A stretch of 46,890 bases of DNA, from positions 1 through 46,890 of the forward strand of contig DATGJK010000304.1 in the NCBI GenBank assembly GCA_035295245.1, given 5' to 3'. The translations under genes were made by a program, and so were the position numbers. The notes under the pieces were generated by a model. The model had not been told where the DNA came from. It did no database searches and saw only the letters and a program-made list of their open reading frames with translations. The number at the start of each line of letters is the position of its first letter. The stretch's first letter is position 1. This DNA is from Acidobacteriaceae bacterium. GTDB lineage: Bacteria; Acidobacteriota; Terriglobia; Terriglobales; Acidobacteriaceae. Of the stretch, positions 27,039-36,023 are shown in pieces.

Positions 27039-29255
27039 CTACGGCATTCCTGCAATTTGCCGGAATTCCGGATCGTCGTGCAGACAATCCAGATCGGGAT
27101 CGTTCACGATCCACGCCAGGTTGCTGTAGCCCGCGGCAACGGCTCTCTTCAATGTGTCCAGAGAATCCGCTTTGCGCTTCATCACCCCATACGTGCAGGC
27201 TGCGTTGTACAGGATGTTCGCATCGCCGGGACGCAGGGCCACGGCGGTTTGCAGATGACGCGTCGCCTCGTCTCCCTGCCCCGCGTAGGCCAGGAAGGTC
27301 GCCAGCAGCACGCGCGCGCGGACATCTTCCGGAACGCGCTCCAGCTGCTGCCGGAGCACGGTCGTGAGCAGTTCGCGATAATGCTCGGCTTCCTTCTTGC
27401 GGCCAAGGCGCTCGAGCGCGTTGATGTACGGCAGGTAGGTGTTGTAGTCGTCGCCGCTGGCCTCGATGGCCTGCGCCGCGCGCGCTGCGGCCTCTTCATG
27501 CCGGCCTGAGGCAAAATAGGCGCGGCCAAGAATGTTCCAGGAGCCCTCGCAATCGGACTTGCGCTCAATCGCCCGCTGCGCCAGCAGCGCCGCCTCGTCG
27601 TATTTCTTCTGGGAATAGAGCAGCCGCGCCCGCGCGACGATCACTTCGGGCAGATCCGGCGCGAGTGCCGTGGCACGATCGCAGGCCGCCATGCCGCGGT
27701 CGATCCAGTGCTGGCTCTTTTCGCGCAGCTCGTAGGTCAGCCCGCAAAGATTCGCAATGCCCGCGTGCGCCAGCGCGAAATTCGGATCCAGGTGGATCGC
27801 CTGCTCGAACATCTGCAGCGCGTAATCGATGTTTTCGCGCCGCGTATAGTTCCTGCCGCGCAGATAAAAATCGTAGGCCTGCGGATCCTCAGTGGGACGC
27901 CGCGCGATCGTCTTCTCCTCCTGCGGAGTCAGCGTGATGCGCAGCGCCTGCGCGATGCTGCGGGCAATCTCCTCTTGGATGGCAAAGACATCTTCGAGCT
28001 GGCGGTCATAGCGCTCCGCCCAAACGGAGTGCCGCGTCGAAGCTTCCACCAGCTGCGCCGTGATGCGCACGCGATTCCCGGCGCGGCGGATCGATCCTTC
28101 GAGAACATAAGCAGCGCCCAGTTGCTGGCTCACCTGCTGCGCCGTCACCGGCTTGTCGCGAAAGCCCAGCATCTCCGACCGCGGAAAAATGTCGAGCTGG
28201 CTGATCTTGGACAACTCAGTGACGATGTCTTCCGTGATCCCGTCGCGGAAATATTCGTCTTCCTTGGAACCGCTCTGATTTTCGAAATACAAAACCGCGA
28301 CCGACTTCTGCTTCATCGGAGTGGCTTGCGCCGTCGGACCCGATCCGCTCTTATCCGCGACAGCCGGCCGCTTCCCTGATCCCAGATCGCGCGCCAGACG
28401 CTTGAGATCGCCACGCAGCTCGGCCGCGTTTTGACAGCGCAGGTCGCGGTCTTTTTCGAGCAGCTTGTCCAGAATGTTCTGGAATGCCAGCGGCAGCTTC
28501 GCATTCACGTCGCTGACCGGGCGTGGCGTCTCCCGCAGGATCCCGTCGAAGACGAGCGCCGTCGTCGCTCCGCCGAACGGCGCTGTTCCCGTTGCCATCT
28601 CGTACAGCACCACTCCCAGCGAGAACAGGTCAGAGCGCGGATCCAGTTCTTCGCCCCGCGCTTGTTCCGGCGACATATAGGCGACCGTTCCCACCGAAGT
28701 GCCGGCGCTGGTGAGCTGGTCGTCCATCGAGGCGATCGTTGCGCCGATCCCGTTGCCATCGGCGCCCTGGGCCAGCTTGGCCAGTCCGAAATCCAGAATC
28801 TTGGCCTGTCCGCGCTCGACCAAAAAGATATTTGCCGGCTTGATGTCGCGATGCACGATGCCTTTGCTGTGCGCGGCATCGAGCCCGCTGGCGATCTGTA
28901 TTCCGATTTCCAGCAGGTCGCTCAGTTCGATCGGCCGCTCGGCGATGCGATGTTTCAGCGTCTGCCCTTCCAGCAGCTCCATGGCAATGAATGGCCGGCC
29001 CTCAAATTCGCCGATGTCGTAGACCGTGCAGATGTTCGGATGATTCAGCGCCGATGCAGAGCGCGCCTCGCGATGGAAGCGCTCGGCGGCCTGCGCATTC
29101 TGCGCAATTCCCTCCGGCAGAAACTTCAGAGCCACTCTGCGGCCCAGCCGCGTATCCCGCGCGCGGTAGACCACGCCCATGCCGCCGCCACCCAGAGGTT
29201 CCAGTTCCGTGTAGTGGGACACTGCACGCCCGACGATCGAATCTGTAGCTGACAT
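27039..29255 (-). CDS. Cytoplasmic Ser/Thr protein kinase fused to a TolB-N-like/CadC-like module and TPR repeats
   Basis: [32 protein letters not shown]. Then [28 protein letters not shown], and C-terminal TPR-like helices. No TM seen. Confidence 0.9.
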   Translation of the reverse strand: MSATDSIVGRAVSHYTELEPLGGGGMGVVYRARDTRLGRRVALKFLPEGIAQNAQAAERFHREARSASALNHPNICTVYDIGEFEGRPFIAMELLEGQTLKHRIAERPIELSDLLEIGIQIASGLDAAHSKGIVHRDIKPANIFLVERGQAKILDFGLAKLAQGADGNGIGATIASMDDQLTSAGTSVGTVAYMSPEQARGEELDPRSDLFSLGVVLYEMATGTAPFGGATTALVFDGILRETPRPVSDVNAKLPLAFQNILDKLLEKDRDLRCQNAAELRGDLKRLARDLGSGKRPAVADKSGSGPTAQATPMKQKSVAVLYFENQSGSKEDEYFRDGITEDIVTELSKISQLDIFPRSEMLGFRDKPVTAQQVSQQLGAAYVLEGSIRRAGNRVRITAQLVEASTRHSVWAERYDRQLEDVFAIQEEIARSIAQALRITLTPQEEKTIARRPTEDPQAYDFYLRGRNYTRRENIDYALQMFEQAIHLDPNFALAHAGIANLCGLTYELREKSQHWIDRGMAACDRATALAPDLPEVIVARARLLYSQKKYDEAALLAQRAIERKSDCEGSWNILGRAYFASGRHEEAAARAAQAIEASGDDYNTYLPYINALERLGRKKEAEHYRELLTTVLRQQLERVPEDVRARVLLATFLAYAGQGDEATRHLQTAVALRPGDANILYNAACTYGVMKRKADSLDTLKRAVAAGYSNLAWIVNDPDLDCLHDDPEFRQIAGMP

Positions 29256-29411
29256 GGGTGCGCAATTATAGCAATCACAGATACGGTCGCGGGCTTTATT
29301 TCGCGCCCACTGCGTGCATGACCGGCGACGGCCGTTTCCGCATTGGCGAGCCGGTCATCTCGCCGAAAAGAGATAACGGCGTCCGCAATGCACATTCGAA
29401 CAGCGGATGGT

Positions 29412-30656
29412 CTACTGCACCGTGAGGTTCACCTTGTCCAGCCAAACGTTGTATGGGTCCTGTTTGGAGTTGCCGTCCATCTGGAAGGCGACATTGATCT
29501 GGCCCATCGACCAGTCTGGCTGAGCGGAGTAAAGGAGATCGAGCGGGTACGTGTTGTTGTCCACCTGCAGGCTGATGTAGTGCACCTGCTGACCCACGCG
29601 CTCGAACTGCCACACAATGTGCACCCATTGATTCGCCTGGAACAGCGGGCAGGGCACGCTCGTCTTTTCCCAGCCCGTATTCGGCGCTCCGTTCCAGACG
29701 TCCCACTCCCCCGTGTTCGGATAGTTGCCGTTAAAGTTGCATTCCGTGCCCCACGTCCAGCGCGTGTCGTTGATGGTCTGGTTCACGTCGAACTCCAGTG
29801 CCTGCGGAGCCCTGGGATTGTCGACCATCACATACATGTCATACGTGAACTTCGTCGGACTGTGTCCCCCGCCGAGGTTCATCGTGTAGAGCTCATTCGA
29901 ATAGCCGGTCGATCCGCCCATCGTGAAGTGGGCCGACGACCCGCTCAGCGACGGGCTGCTGACGTTCTCGGTCATCGTGGACTGCGCATCCCCTGCGCCG
30001 TCCGCACAAATTTGTCCCGCGCGCGGCGATCCCGGCGGATACAGCGCCGAACACGGCTCCCAGTTCGGCATGTTCTGGATGTTCGAAATGGTCGCATTCG
30101 AAGCCGCACCGGTCACGTTCACGTTCAGGCTGGTGCTCACGTTGTTTCCCTTCGCATCGGTGGCCAGCACTTCAAGGTTGTGGCTGCCGGTCGGCATCCA
30201 GAACAGCCCGGTGAACTGGTTGTAAAAGGTGAAGTAGTCGGCGCTGCCGTCGATGTAGACACGCTGGTACTCGATCGGTCCGGGCGTCAGATTCGCCACC
30301 GACGTCAGGGTCAGCGGCGAGGTTACGCTGGCGCCATTCGCGGGAGAAGAAACGCAGACCGATCCAAAGCTGCTGGAACCGGGGGCCGGCGGCGGGACCG
30401 GAGGCGCCGGAGGAAAAGGCTGCGGCGCCGCCTCAGCGGTCGGGATCGTCGGGCAGACGGTAGCGCTCGACCCGCCAGACCCACCGGACCCACCGGACCC
30501 GCCCGCCCCGCCGGAGCCGCCGCTGCCACCCGTTCCGGTGGTGCTGCCCATGTTGCTGGAAGTGCCGCAGCCCGCAAACAGCAGGAGCGCTGGTGTCAGA
30601 ACCCAGACCGCGATAGCGCTGCGGCGGCATAGGGACGAATTTTGAAAACGAGACAC
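29412..30656 (-). CDS. Lipoprotein with a (GGS)n linker, an Ig-like domain and a C-terminal beta-sandwich domain of unknown function
   Basis: Lipobox LLLFAGC. GGSGGSGGAGGSGGSGGSGGS linker encoded at 30465-30530. The plus-strand 429-aa ORF over the same DNA is Arg-rich and is rejected. Confidence 0.7.
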   Translation of the reverse strand: MSRFQNSSLCRRSAIAVWVLTPALLLFAGCGTSSNMGSTTGTGGSGGSGGAGGSGGSGGSGGSSATVCPTIPTAEAAPQPFPPAPPVPPPAPGSSSFGSVCVSSPANGASVTSPLTLTSVANLTPGPIEYQRVYIDGSADYFTFYNQFTGLFWMPTGSHNLEVLATDAKGNNVSTSLNVNVTGAASNATISNIQNMPNWEPCSALYPPGSPRAGQICADGAGDAQSTMTENVSSPSLSGSSAHFTMGGSTGYSNELYTMNLGGGHSPTKFTYDMYVMVDNPRAPQALEFDVNQTINDTRWTWGTECNFNGNYPNTGEWDVWNGAPNTGWEKTSVPCPLFQANQWVHIVWQFERVGQQVHYISLQVDNNTYPLDLLYSAQPDWSMGQINVAFQMDGNSKQDPYNVWLDKVNLTVQ

Positions 30657-30781
30657 AACACTAGAGAGATGCGAGTTCCGGCCGAGTATGGAAGCCTCAC
30701 CGTGCGCCGGCTGCCTGTTAACCTCCTGGGTGATAGCGAATCAGTCAATCAGATCCACTCATCTGCTCTGCAATCAACTGC

Positions 30782-31942
30782 TTGGCGCATCCCCCTTTAT
30801 TTTTTTCTGAGCCTGTCAGTGCCTTGTTGAGATCGCTGCGCCTGTATGCTGGACGCGTGCCCGCCATCAGCTTTTTCGTGTGCTCCCGGTGCCACCGGCA
30901 GGTCTCAGCTGCCACTCCAGCGGCGGTCTGCCCCGCCTGCGCCGGCCCCCTCTGCGTCCGCTACGACCTCGAGGCTCTGAAGAGCACCGCGAAGCGACCC
31001 GGCCCCAACGACATCGCCTCCATGTGGCGCTATGCTGATGTCCTGCCGGATGTTGAGCCAGTCACTCTCGGCGAGGGCTGGACGCCGCTGCTTCCCTCCC
31101 GCCGCTATCCCTCGGTGTTGCTCAAGGACGAGGCCAACAACCCCACAGGAAGCGTGAATGCCCGGGGGATGTCCGTCGCCGTCAGTGTGGCCCGCCAGGA
31201 CGGTCGAACCAAGCTGGCCATCGCCGCGAGCGGCAACACCGCTTCGGCCTTTGCTGCCTACGCTGCCGCCGCGGGAATGGACGCCCGAATCTTCATGTCT
31301 CGCGACGTCCCTATGCCGGACTACGTCGAAGGGATCCTCTACGGCGCACAAGTGACGTTCTTTGATGGGCCTATGCTCGATGGCAACGCCTCCCAGGGCA
31401 GCTTCGACATCTCCGATCCCTTCCGTATCGAGGGCATGAAGACCCTGGGCTACGAACTCGTCGAGCAGCTTGGCTGGAACTACCCCGACGCGGTCATCCA
31501 CCCGGCCAGCGTTGGCCGCATCGCGATGCCGAAGGCCTTTGATGAGATGGAGCAGCTCGGCTGGGTCTCTGGCAGGCGACCGAAGAGGATCGCCGTCCAG
31601 TGCTCCCGCGGCAGCGCTCCGGACTCCAGCCCTGTCGAGATCGCCCGTGACTCCGGCGACACGGTCGTTGATGTGTCGGACGAGGCGATGCTTGCTTCCC
31701 TCCGCGATTGGGCACAGCACGAGGGCCTCTTGCTCAGCCCCGAAGGCGCAGCCGCCGCGGCCGCTTACCATCAGCTTCTCGCCGGCGGGTTCCTCAAGCC
31801 AGCCGATCGCGTCGTGCTGCTGAACCCGGCCTCTGCCCTCAGGTCCATCGACTGGGTCGCCCAAGCCATACGCCTGAACCGTCCCCTCGCAAAGCGGTAT
31901 CCACAACGCACCCCGGTCGGCGGCATCATCACCCCTCAATAA
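30782..31942 (+). CDS. Threonine-synthase-like (fold-type II PLP enzyme) protein lacking the catalytic lysine
   Basis: N-terminal Cys4 zinc ribbon (CSRCH...CPAC). The ThrC-like motifs are degenerate: LKDEANNPTGSVNARGM where ThrC has NPTGSFKDRGM, and HPASVGRI where ThrC has PVGNAGNI. ASGNTASAFAAYAAAAG is retained. The start is uncertain: in-frame TTG 30782, TTG 30827 or GTG 30857. Confidence 0.72.
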   Translation: MAHPPLFFSEPVSALLRSLRLYAGRVPAISFFVCSRCHRQVSAATPAAVCPACAGPLCVRYDLEALKSTAKRPGPNDIASMWRYADVLPDVEPVTLGEGWTPLLPSRRYPSVLLKDEANNPTGSVNARGMSVAVSVARQDGRTKLAIAASGNTASAFAAYAAAAGMDARIFMSRDVPMPDYVEGILYGAQVTFFDGPMLDGNASQGSFDISDPFRIEGMKTLGYELVEQLGWNYPDAVIHPASVGRIAMPKAFDEMEQLGWVSGRRPKRIAVQCSRGSAPDSSPVEIARDSGDTVVDVSDEAMLASLRDWAQHEGLLLSPEGAAAAAAYHQLLAGGFLKPADRVVLLNPASALRSIDWVAQAIRLNRPLAKRYPQRTPVGGIITPQ

Positions 31943-32036
31943 AAGTGACTCCCTGCTGAAAGCTACTGACAGGATGGTGTCAGCAGGGGTCCCGTATGTT
32001 CATCGCTGTAGTCAATTCGAAACAGCGAGGAACACC

Positions 32037-32420
32037 ATGCCGACTCTGGAGCAAACCACGACGTCCACGATCACCTGGTTCGAGATTCCCGCCGCGGATT
32101 TCGGCCGCGCCGTCCGTTTCTACGAGACCATTTTTGCCGCTCCATTGCGGCACGACTCCGCCTGGCCGAACCTGGCCATTTTTCCTTACGAGCGCCCCGG
32201 CGTCTCCGGCGCCCTGGCTTACGGCGAAGGCCATCGTCCCTGCATGGACGGCGTCGTCATCTACCTCAACTGCGACGGACGCATCGACGAAGTACTCGGC
32301 CGCGTTGACGCCGCCGGCGGCAGCATCGTGGAGCCTAAGTCGCATATCCCCAGCGTGGGCTGGGTCGCCCAGATCCGCGACTCCGAAGGCAATCGCATCG
32401 GCCTCCATGCGGCTGTCTAA
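32037..32420 (+). CDS. VOC (glyoxalase/bleomycin-resistance/dioxygenase) family protein
   Basis: ATG 32037 with GAGG 8 nt upstream. ITWFEIPAADFGRAVRFYETIF ... GWVAQIRDSEGNRIGLH is a typical VOC beta-alpha-beta-beta-beta module. Confidence 0.8.
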   Translation: MPTLEQTTTSTITWFEIPAADFGRAVRFYETIFAAPLRHDSAWPNLAIFPYERPGVSGALAYGEGHRPCMDGVVIYLNCDGRIDEVLGRVDAAGGSIVEPKSHIPSVGWVAQIRDSEGNRIGLHAAV

Positions 32421-32440
32421 GCAAACGCTAGAATGCCGGT

Positions 32441-33151
32441 ATGCGCCGCGCCGACCGCCTCTTCCGCATCGTGCAACTGCTGCGATCGGGGCGGCTGCAG
32501 ACGGCCAGGAGCCTGGCGGAGAAGCTGCAGGTCTCCCACCGCACGATCTACCGCGATGTGCAGGACCTGCAGCTCTCCGGCGTTCCCATCGCCGGCGAAG
32601 CGGGCGTCGGCTACACGCTGCGCCGCGACTTCGATATCCCGCCGCTCATGTTCGACCGTGAAGAGATTGCCGCGCTGGTGCTGGGCGCTCGCATGGTCGA
32701 GGCGTGGGGCGGCATGCAGCTCACCGAGGCGGCCAATCGCGCCCTCCGCAAAATCGAGGCCGTGCTCCCGCCCGAGCTTCGCGAGAACATCGACGACGTG
32801 CTGCTTTACGCGCCCGGTTTCCGTGCGCCGGAGGGGGTCCGCCGCAAGCTCGATCAGCTGCATGCGGCCGCACAGGAGCAGCGTATCGTGCTGGTGGCGT
32901 ACACGCGCGAAGACGGCGAGCCCAGCGTCCGGCGATTGCATCCGCTGGCTCTATACTTCTGGGGAGGCGTCTGGACCCTGACTGCCTGGTGCGAGCTGCG
33001 CAAGGACTTCCGAACCTTTCGCGTCGATCGCATCCAACACGCCGACACCCTGGCAGAGAAGTTCACGCCCAAAGCAGGACAGACTCTCGCGGACTTCCTG
33101 AAGCGGGTACGGGCGCAGAATGCCTCGATGGCAAATCCCTCTGCTCAGTAG
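32441..33151 (+). CDS. YafY-family transcriptional regulator (HTH + WYL domain)
   Basis: MRRADRLFRIVQLLRSGRLQTARSLAEKLQVSHRTIYRDVQDL (HTH). WYL-type region LALYFWGGVWTLTAWCELRKDFRTFRVDRI. Confidence 0.85.
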   Translation: MRRADRLFRIVQLLRSGRLQTARSLAEKLQVSHRTIYRDVQDLQLSGVPIAGEAGVGYTLRRDFDIPPLMFDREEIAALVLGARMVEAWGGMQLTEAANRALRKIEAVLPPELRENIDDVLLYAPGFRAPEGVRRKLDQLHAAAQEQRIVLVAYTREDGEPSVRRLHPLALYFWGGVWTLTAWCELRKDFRTFRVDRIQHADTLAEKFTPKAGQTLADFLKRVRAQNASMANPSAQ

Positions 33152-33801
33152 CCGTTCGCGAGCAGATATTCAAGTGTCAGTTCAGAAGAACTCTGCGCCT
33201 GTCGCCTTTGCTCGGCCATCCGCAGCATCACATCCGCCTCCACGTTGACCGGAGCGCCGGGACCGAGCATGCGCAGGTTCGTTGCTCGCCGGGTGTGCGG
33301 CAGGATGGCAATCGTCACCACCTCACCATCCCAGCGGGCGACGGTAAGGCTGATGCCTTCGATGGCGATGGAGCCTTTCTCCACGATCCAGGGACGCACG
33401 TTTTCCGGCACGCACACGCGCAGCCACCAGTCCGTCAGGTCAGGATCAGCATCCGGATTCACTGGATCAAAGGCGACCAGTTCCCCGCAGCCATCCACGT
33501 GCCCTTGCACGATGTGGCCTCCCAGCGGCGCTCCCGCAGGCGTGGGGAGCTCGAGGTTCACCACCGAACCGGGCCGGAGTACACCCAGCGAGGTGCGAGC
33601 CAATGTTTCCGCCGCTAAATCAGCGAAGAAGACCGGCGGTTCGATCTCCAGCGCAGTGAGACAGGTGCCGCTGACGGCGATGCTGTCGCCCTTGCGCAGG
33701 CGATGCGCATAAGCCGGAGCCGATACCGCGATGCGCGTGGTCCCGCTGCGCGGCTCGAGGCGAACGATGCTCCCCGTCTCTTCGATGATGCCGGTAAACA
33801 T
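33145..33801 (-). CDS. ribE: Riboflavin synthase alpha chain
   Basis: MFTGIIEETGSI start. Duplicated barrel (second half GGHIVQGHVDG). 218 aa. Confidence 0.92.
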   Translation of the reverse strand: MFTGIIEETGSIVRLEPRSGTTRIAVSAPAYAHRLRKGDSIAVSGTCLTALEIEPPVFFADLAAETLARTSLGVLRPGSVVNLELPTPAGAPLGGHIVQGHVDGCGELVAFDPVNPDADPDLTDWWLRVCVPENVRPWIVEKGSIAIEGISLTVARWDGEVVTIAILPHTRRATNLRMLGPGAPVNVEADVMLRMAEQRRQAQSSSELTLEYLLANGY

Positions 33802-33810
33802 GTCTCCAGC

Positions 33811-34989
33811 TTAAGCCCAGGGATCGCGCAGATACGCATCCACGCGAACGTCCTGCCCAATGCTTGTGACTTCAGGCGTCCCGCAAATCAGGGGCCCGGT
33901 AATCGTCTCGTGCATGAGAGGAACTGCGCTCGGCCCGAGAAACACCGGCGCGTAGAACAACGTCAGCTTGTCGACATGCTGCCCGTTCAGCGCCGAGCCG
34001 TTGAGCTGCGCGCCGGATTCCAGCATGACCGAAAGCAATTCCATGCCGCCGAGTCTCCTGAAGACCTGGGCGAGAGAAACCCCGCCGCGGCGAATGCCTG
34101 ATTCCGTTGGACGCTTTTGCTGCCCATCGGTGTCGGCTGATGCCGGATCGACACGCTCCACGCGAATGCCCATCGCTTCCAGCGCGCGCTGGCGCTCCGT
34201 CGGCGCAACCGCGCAAAAGATGAGGACGTCTTCCTTCGCGCTGCGCACGAGTTTGGAATCAAGTGGGATACGCAGAGCGGAATCGAGCACCACGCGCAGC
34301 AGCGGACGGCGGCGCGGCAGTCCGGAGCGGTCCGTCATTTGCGGATCGTCCTGCAGGACGGTGTTGATCCCGGTCATGACGGCATCCACGCTGTTGCGCA
34401 TGCGATGGACTTCCGCACGGGTCTTCTCCGCGGTGAGGTAAACCGGCGCGCCAGGACGCGCAGTGCCCGGAATGGGAGCAATACGTCCATCGAGCGACAT
34501 CGCCGCTTTCAGCGTGACAAACGGCATTCCGCTGCGCACGTGACGCGCGAAACCGTCGTTGACGTGCTGCGCTTCCCTCTCGAGAACACCGGTGATGACT
34601 TCGATCCCAGCTTCTCGCAGCTCGGCAATTCCCTTCCCGTTCACCTGCGGATTGGGATCGCCGGTAGCGACAACCACCCGGCTCACGCCCGCCGCAATCA
34701 GAGCCTTGGTGCACGGACCCGTCCGGCCGGTGTGGCAGCAGGGCTCCAGCGTCACGTAGGCGGTTGCTCCGTGGCTGTAGCGGCCCGCATCGTTCAGCGC
34801 GACGACCTCAGCGTGATCCAGCCAGTCATACCCGTGGAATCCCTTGCCGACAATGCCCCCATCGCGCACCAGAATGCACCCCACCGCAGGGTTGGGAGTA
34901 GCCACACCCACCGAGCGCTGCGCCAGTTCCAGAGCCTCCTCCATCCACCGTTCGTGAGGAGTGGCATCCGATGTTCTGCGTGCAAACAT
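33811..34989 (-). CDS. ribD: Bifunctional riboflavin biosynthesis protein RibD (pyrimidine deaminase / uracil reductase)
   Basis: Deaminase zinc motifs HAEVVAL and TLEPCCHTGRTGPC. C-terminal reductase domain (VTLKAAMSLDGRIA). Confidence 0.92.
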   Translation of the reverse strand: MFARRTSDATPHERWMEEALELAQRSVGVATPNPAVGCILVRDGGIVGKGFHGYDWLDHAEVVALNDAGRYSHGATAYVTLEPCCHTGRTGPCTKALIAAGVSRVVVATGDPNPQVNGKGIAELREAGIEVITGVLEREAQHVNDGFARHVRSGMPFVTLKAAMSLDGRIAPIPGTARPGAPVYLTAEKTRAEVHRMRNSVDAVMTGINTVLQDDPQMTDRSGLPRRRPLLRVVLDSALRIPLDSKLVRSAKEDVLIFCAVAPTERQRALEAMGIRVERVDPASADTDGQQKRPTESGIRRGGVSLAQVFRRLGGMELLSVMLESGAQLNGSALNGQHVDKLTLFYAPVFLGPSAVPLMHETITGPLICGTPEVTSIGQDVRVDAYLRDPWA

Positions 34990-35001
34990 TTCTTCGCTGA
35001 C

Positions 35002-35955
35002 CTATGCCGCCAAAATCGAATTCACGAAAGTTCCGCTGTCGAAGGGGAGCAAGTCATCCAGTGATTCGCCAACGCCAACAAATCGTACGGGTAATTTCAT
35101 CTCGCGAGCGATGGCTACGGCAATACCACCTTTGGCTGTGCCGTCCAGCTTGGTTAATACAATGCCGGTCACCCCCGCTGACTCCATGAACTGGCGCGCT
35201 TGCTGCAGTCCGTTCTGTCCTGTGGTCGCGTCGAGCACCAGCAGAACTTCGTGCGGAGCGTCCGGAATCAGGCGCTGGGCCGTGCGCCGCATCTTATCCA
35301 GCTCCGCCATCAGCCCGCTCTTCGTGTGAAGACGTCCCGCGGTATCCACAATCACCACGTCGCGCTGACGATTTTTCGCCGCGGTCAGTGCATCGAACAG
35401 AACCGCCGAGGGATCTCCGCCCTGCCGGGTGCGAATCATTTCAACGCCGCTGCGCTCACCCCAGACTTCGAGTTGCTCGATGGCCGCAGCGCGGAACGTA
35501 TCAGCGGCGCACAGCAACGCGGTCTTGCCCTGCGCCCGGTAATACGCTGCCAGCTTGCCGCTGGTGGTCGTCTTTCCTGTCCCGTTGACGCCGACCATCA
35601 TGATCACTTCCGGCGGGTTCACCGGTTTTGGCGGGGGGCTGTTCTCGTCGAGCACCTGCTGCAGCTGCTCCTTCAAAAGCTCCTTCAGCTCCGCGCCATC
35701 GCGAATCTGCTGGCGTTTGGCGCGTTCCCGCAGGTTGTCTACGATCTCAGCCGAGGTGGCCACGCCGATGTCGGAGGCGATCAGACTCATTTCCAGTTCT
35801 TCGAGCGCGTTCTCATCGACGGTGCGCGTCATGGCCAGCACGCTGTCGATGTGCTCGCCCAGATTTTCGCGCGTGCGCGACACCGCGTCGCGCATCCGGT
35901 CGAAGATACTCTTCTTCTCGGGCTGCTCCAGGCTCCCGAACAACGTTTGAATCAT
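35002..35955 (-). CDS. ftsY: Signal recognition particle receptor FtsY (short form, NG domain only)
   Basis: GVNGTGKTTTSGKLA (G1), VVIVDTAGRL (G3), TKLDGTAKGG (G4). 317 aa. Confidence 0.92.
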   Translation of the reverse strand: MIQTLFGSLEQPEKKSIFDRMRDAVSRTRENLGEHIDSVLAMTRTVDENALEELEMSLIASDIGVATSAEIVDNLRERAKRQQIRDGAELKELLKEQLQQVLDENSPPPKPVNPPEVIMMVGVNGTGKTTTSGKLAAYYRAQGKTALLCAADTFRAAAIEQLEVWGERSGVEMIRTRQGGDPSAVLFDALTAAKNRQRDVVIVDTAGRLHTKSGLMAELDKMRRTAQRLIPDAPHEVLLVLDATTGQNGLQQARQFMESAGVTGIVLTKLDGTAKGGIAVAIAREMKLPVRFVGVGESLDDLLPFDSGTFVNSILAA

Positions 35956-36023
35956 GGCAGAGAAACCTTAATGCACCTGGTTCAAGTGTAACGAACCGTG
36001 AATTCGGCGGGGGAAAGCAGGCC

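Noticed and set aside
30465-30530. GC-rich short tandem repeats, considered as possible CRISPR or non-coding arrays. A second block is at 39075-39170.
   Set aside because: Both lie in frame inside well-supported CDSs, encoding (GGS)n and ELGRQQ heptads. They lack the repeat-spacer organisation of CRISPR.
29343-30632. 429-aa plus-strand ORF opposite the lipoprotein gene
   Set aside because: The product is extremely Arg-rich (RRRDRRRRRKRLRRR) with no recognisable features. The minus-strand product has a lipobox, a linker and globular domains.
34990-35001. Looked for an FMN (RFN) riboswitch upstream of ribD
   Set aside because: Only 12 bp separate the ribD start from the ftsY stop, so there is no room for a riboswitch. 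ribD-ribE appear co-transcribed with ftsY or use an internal promoter.
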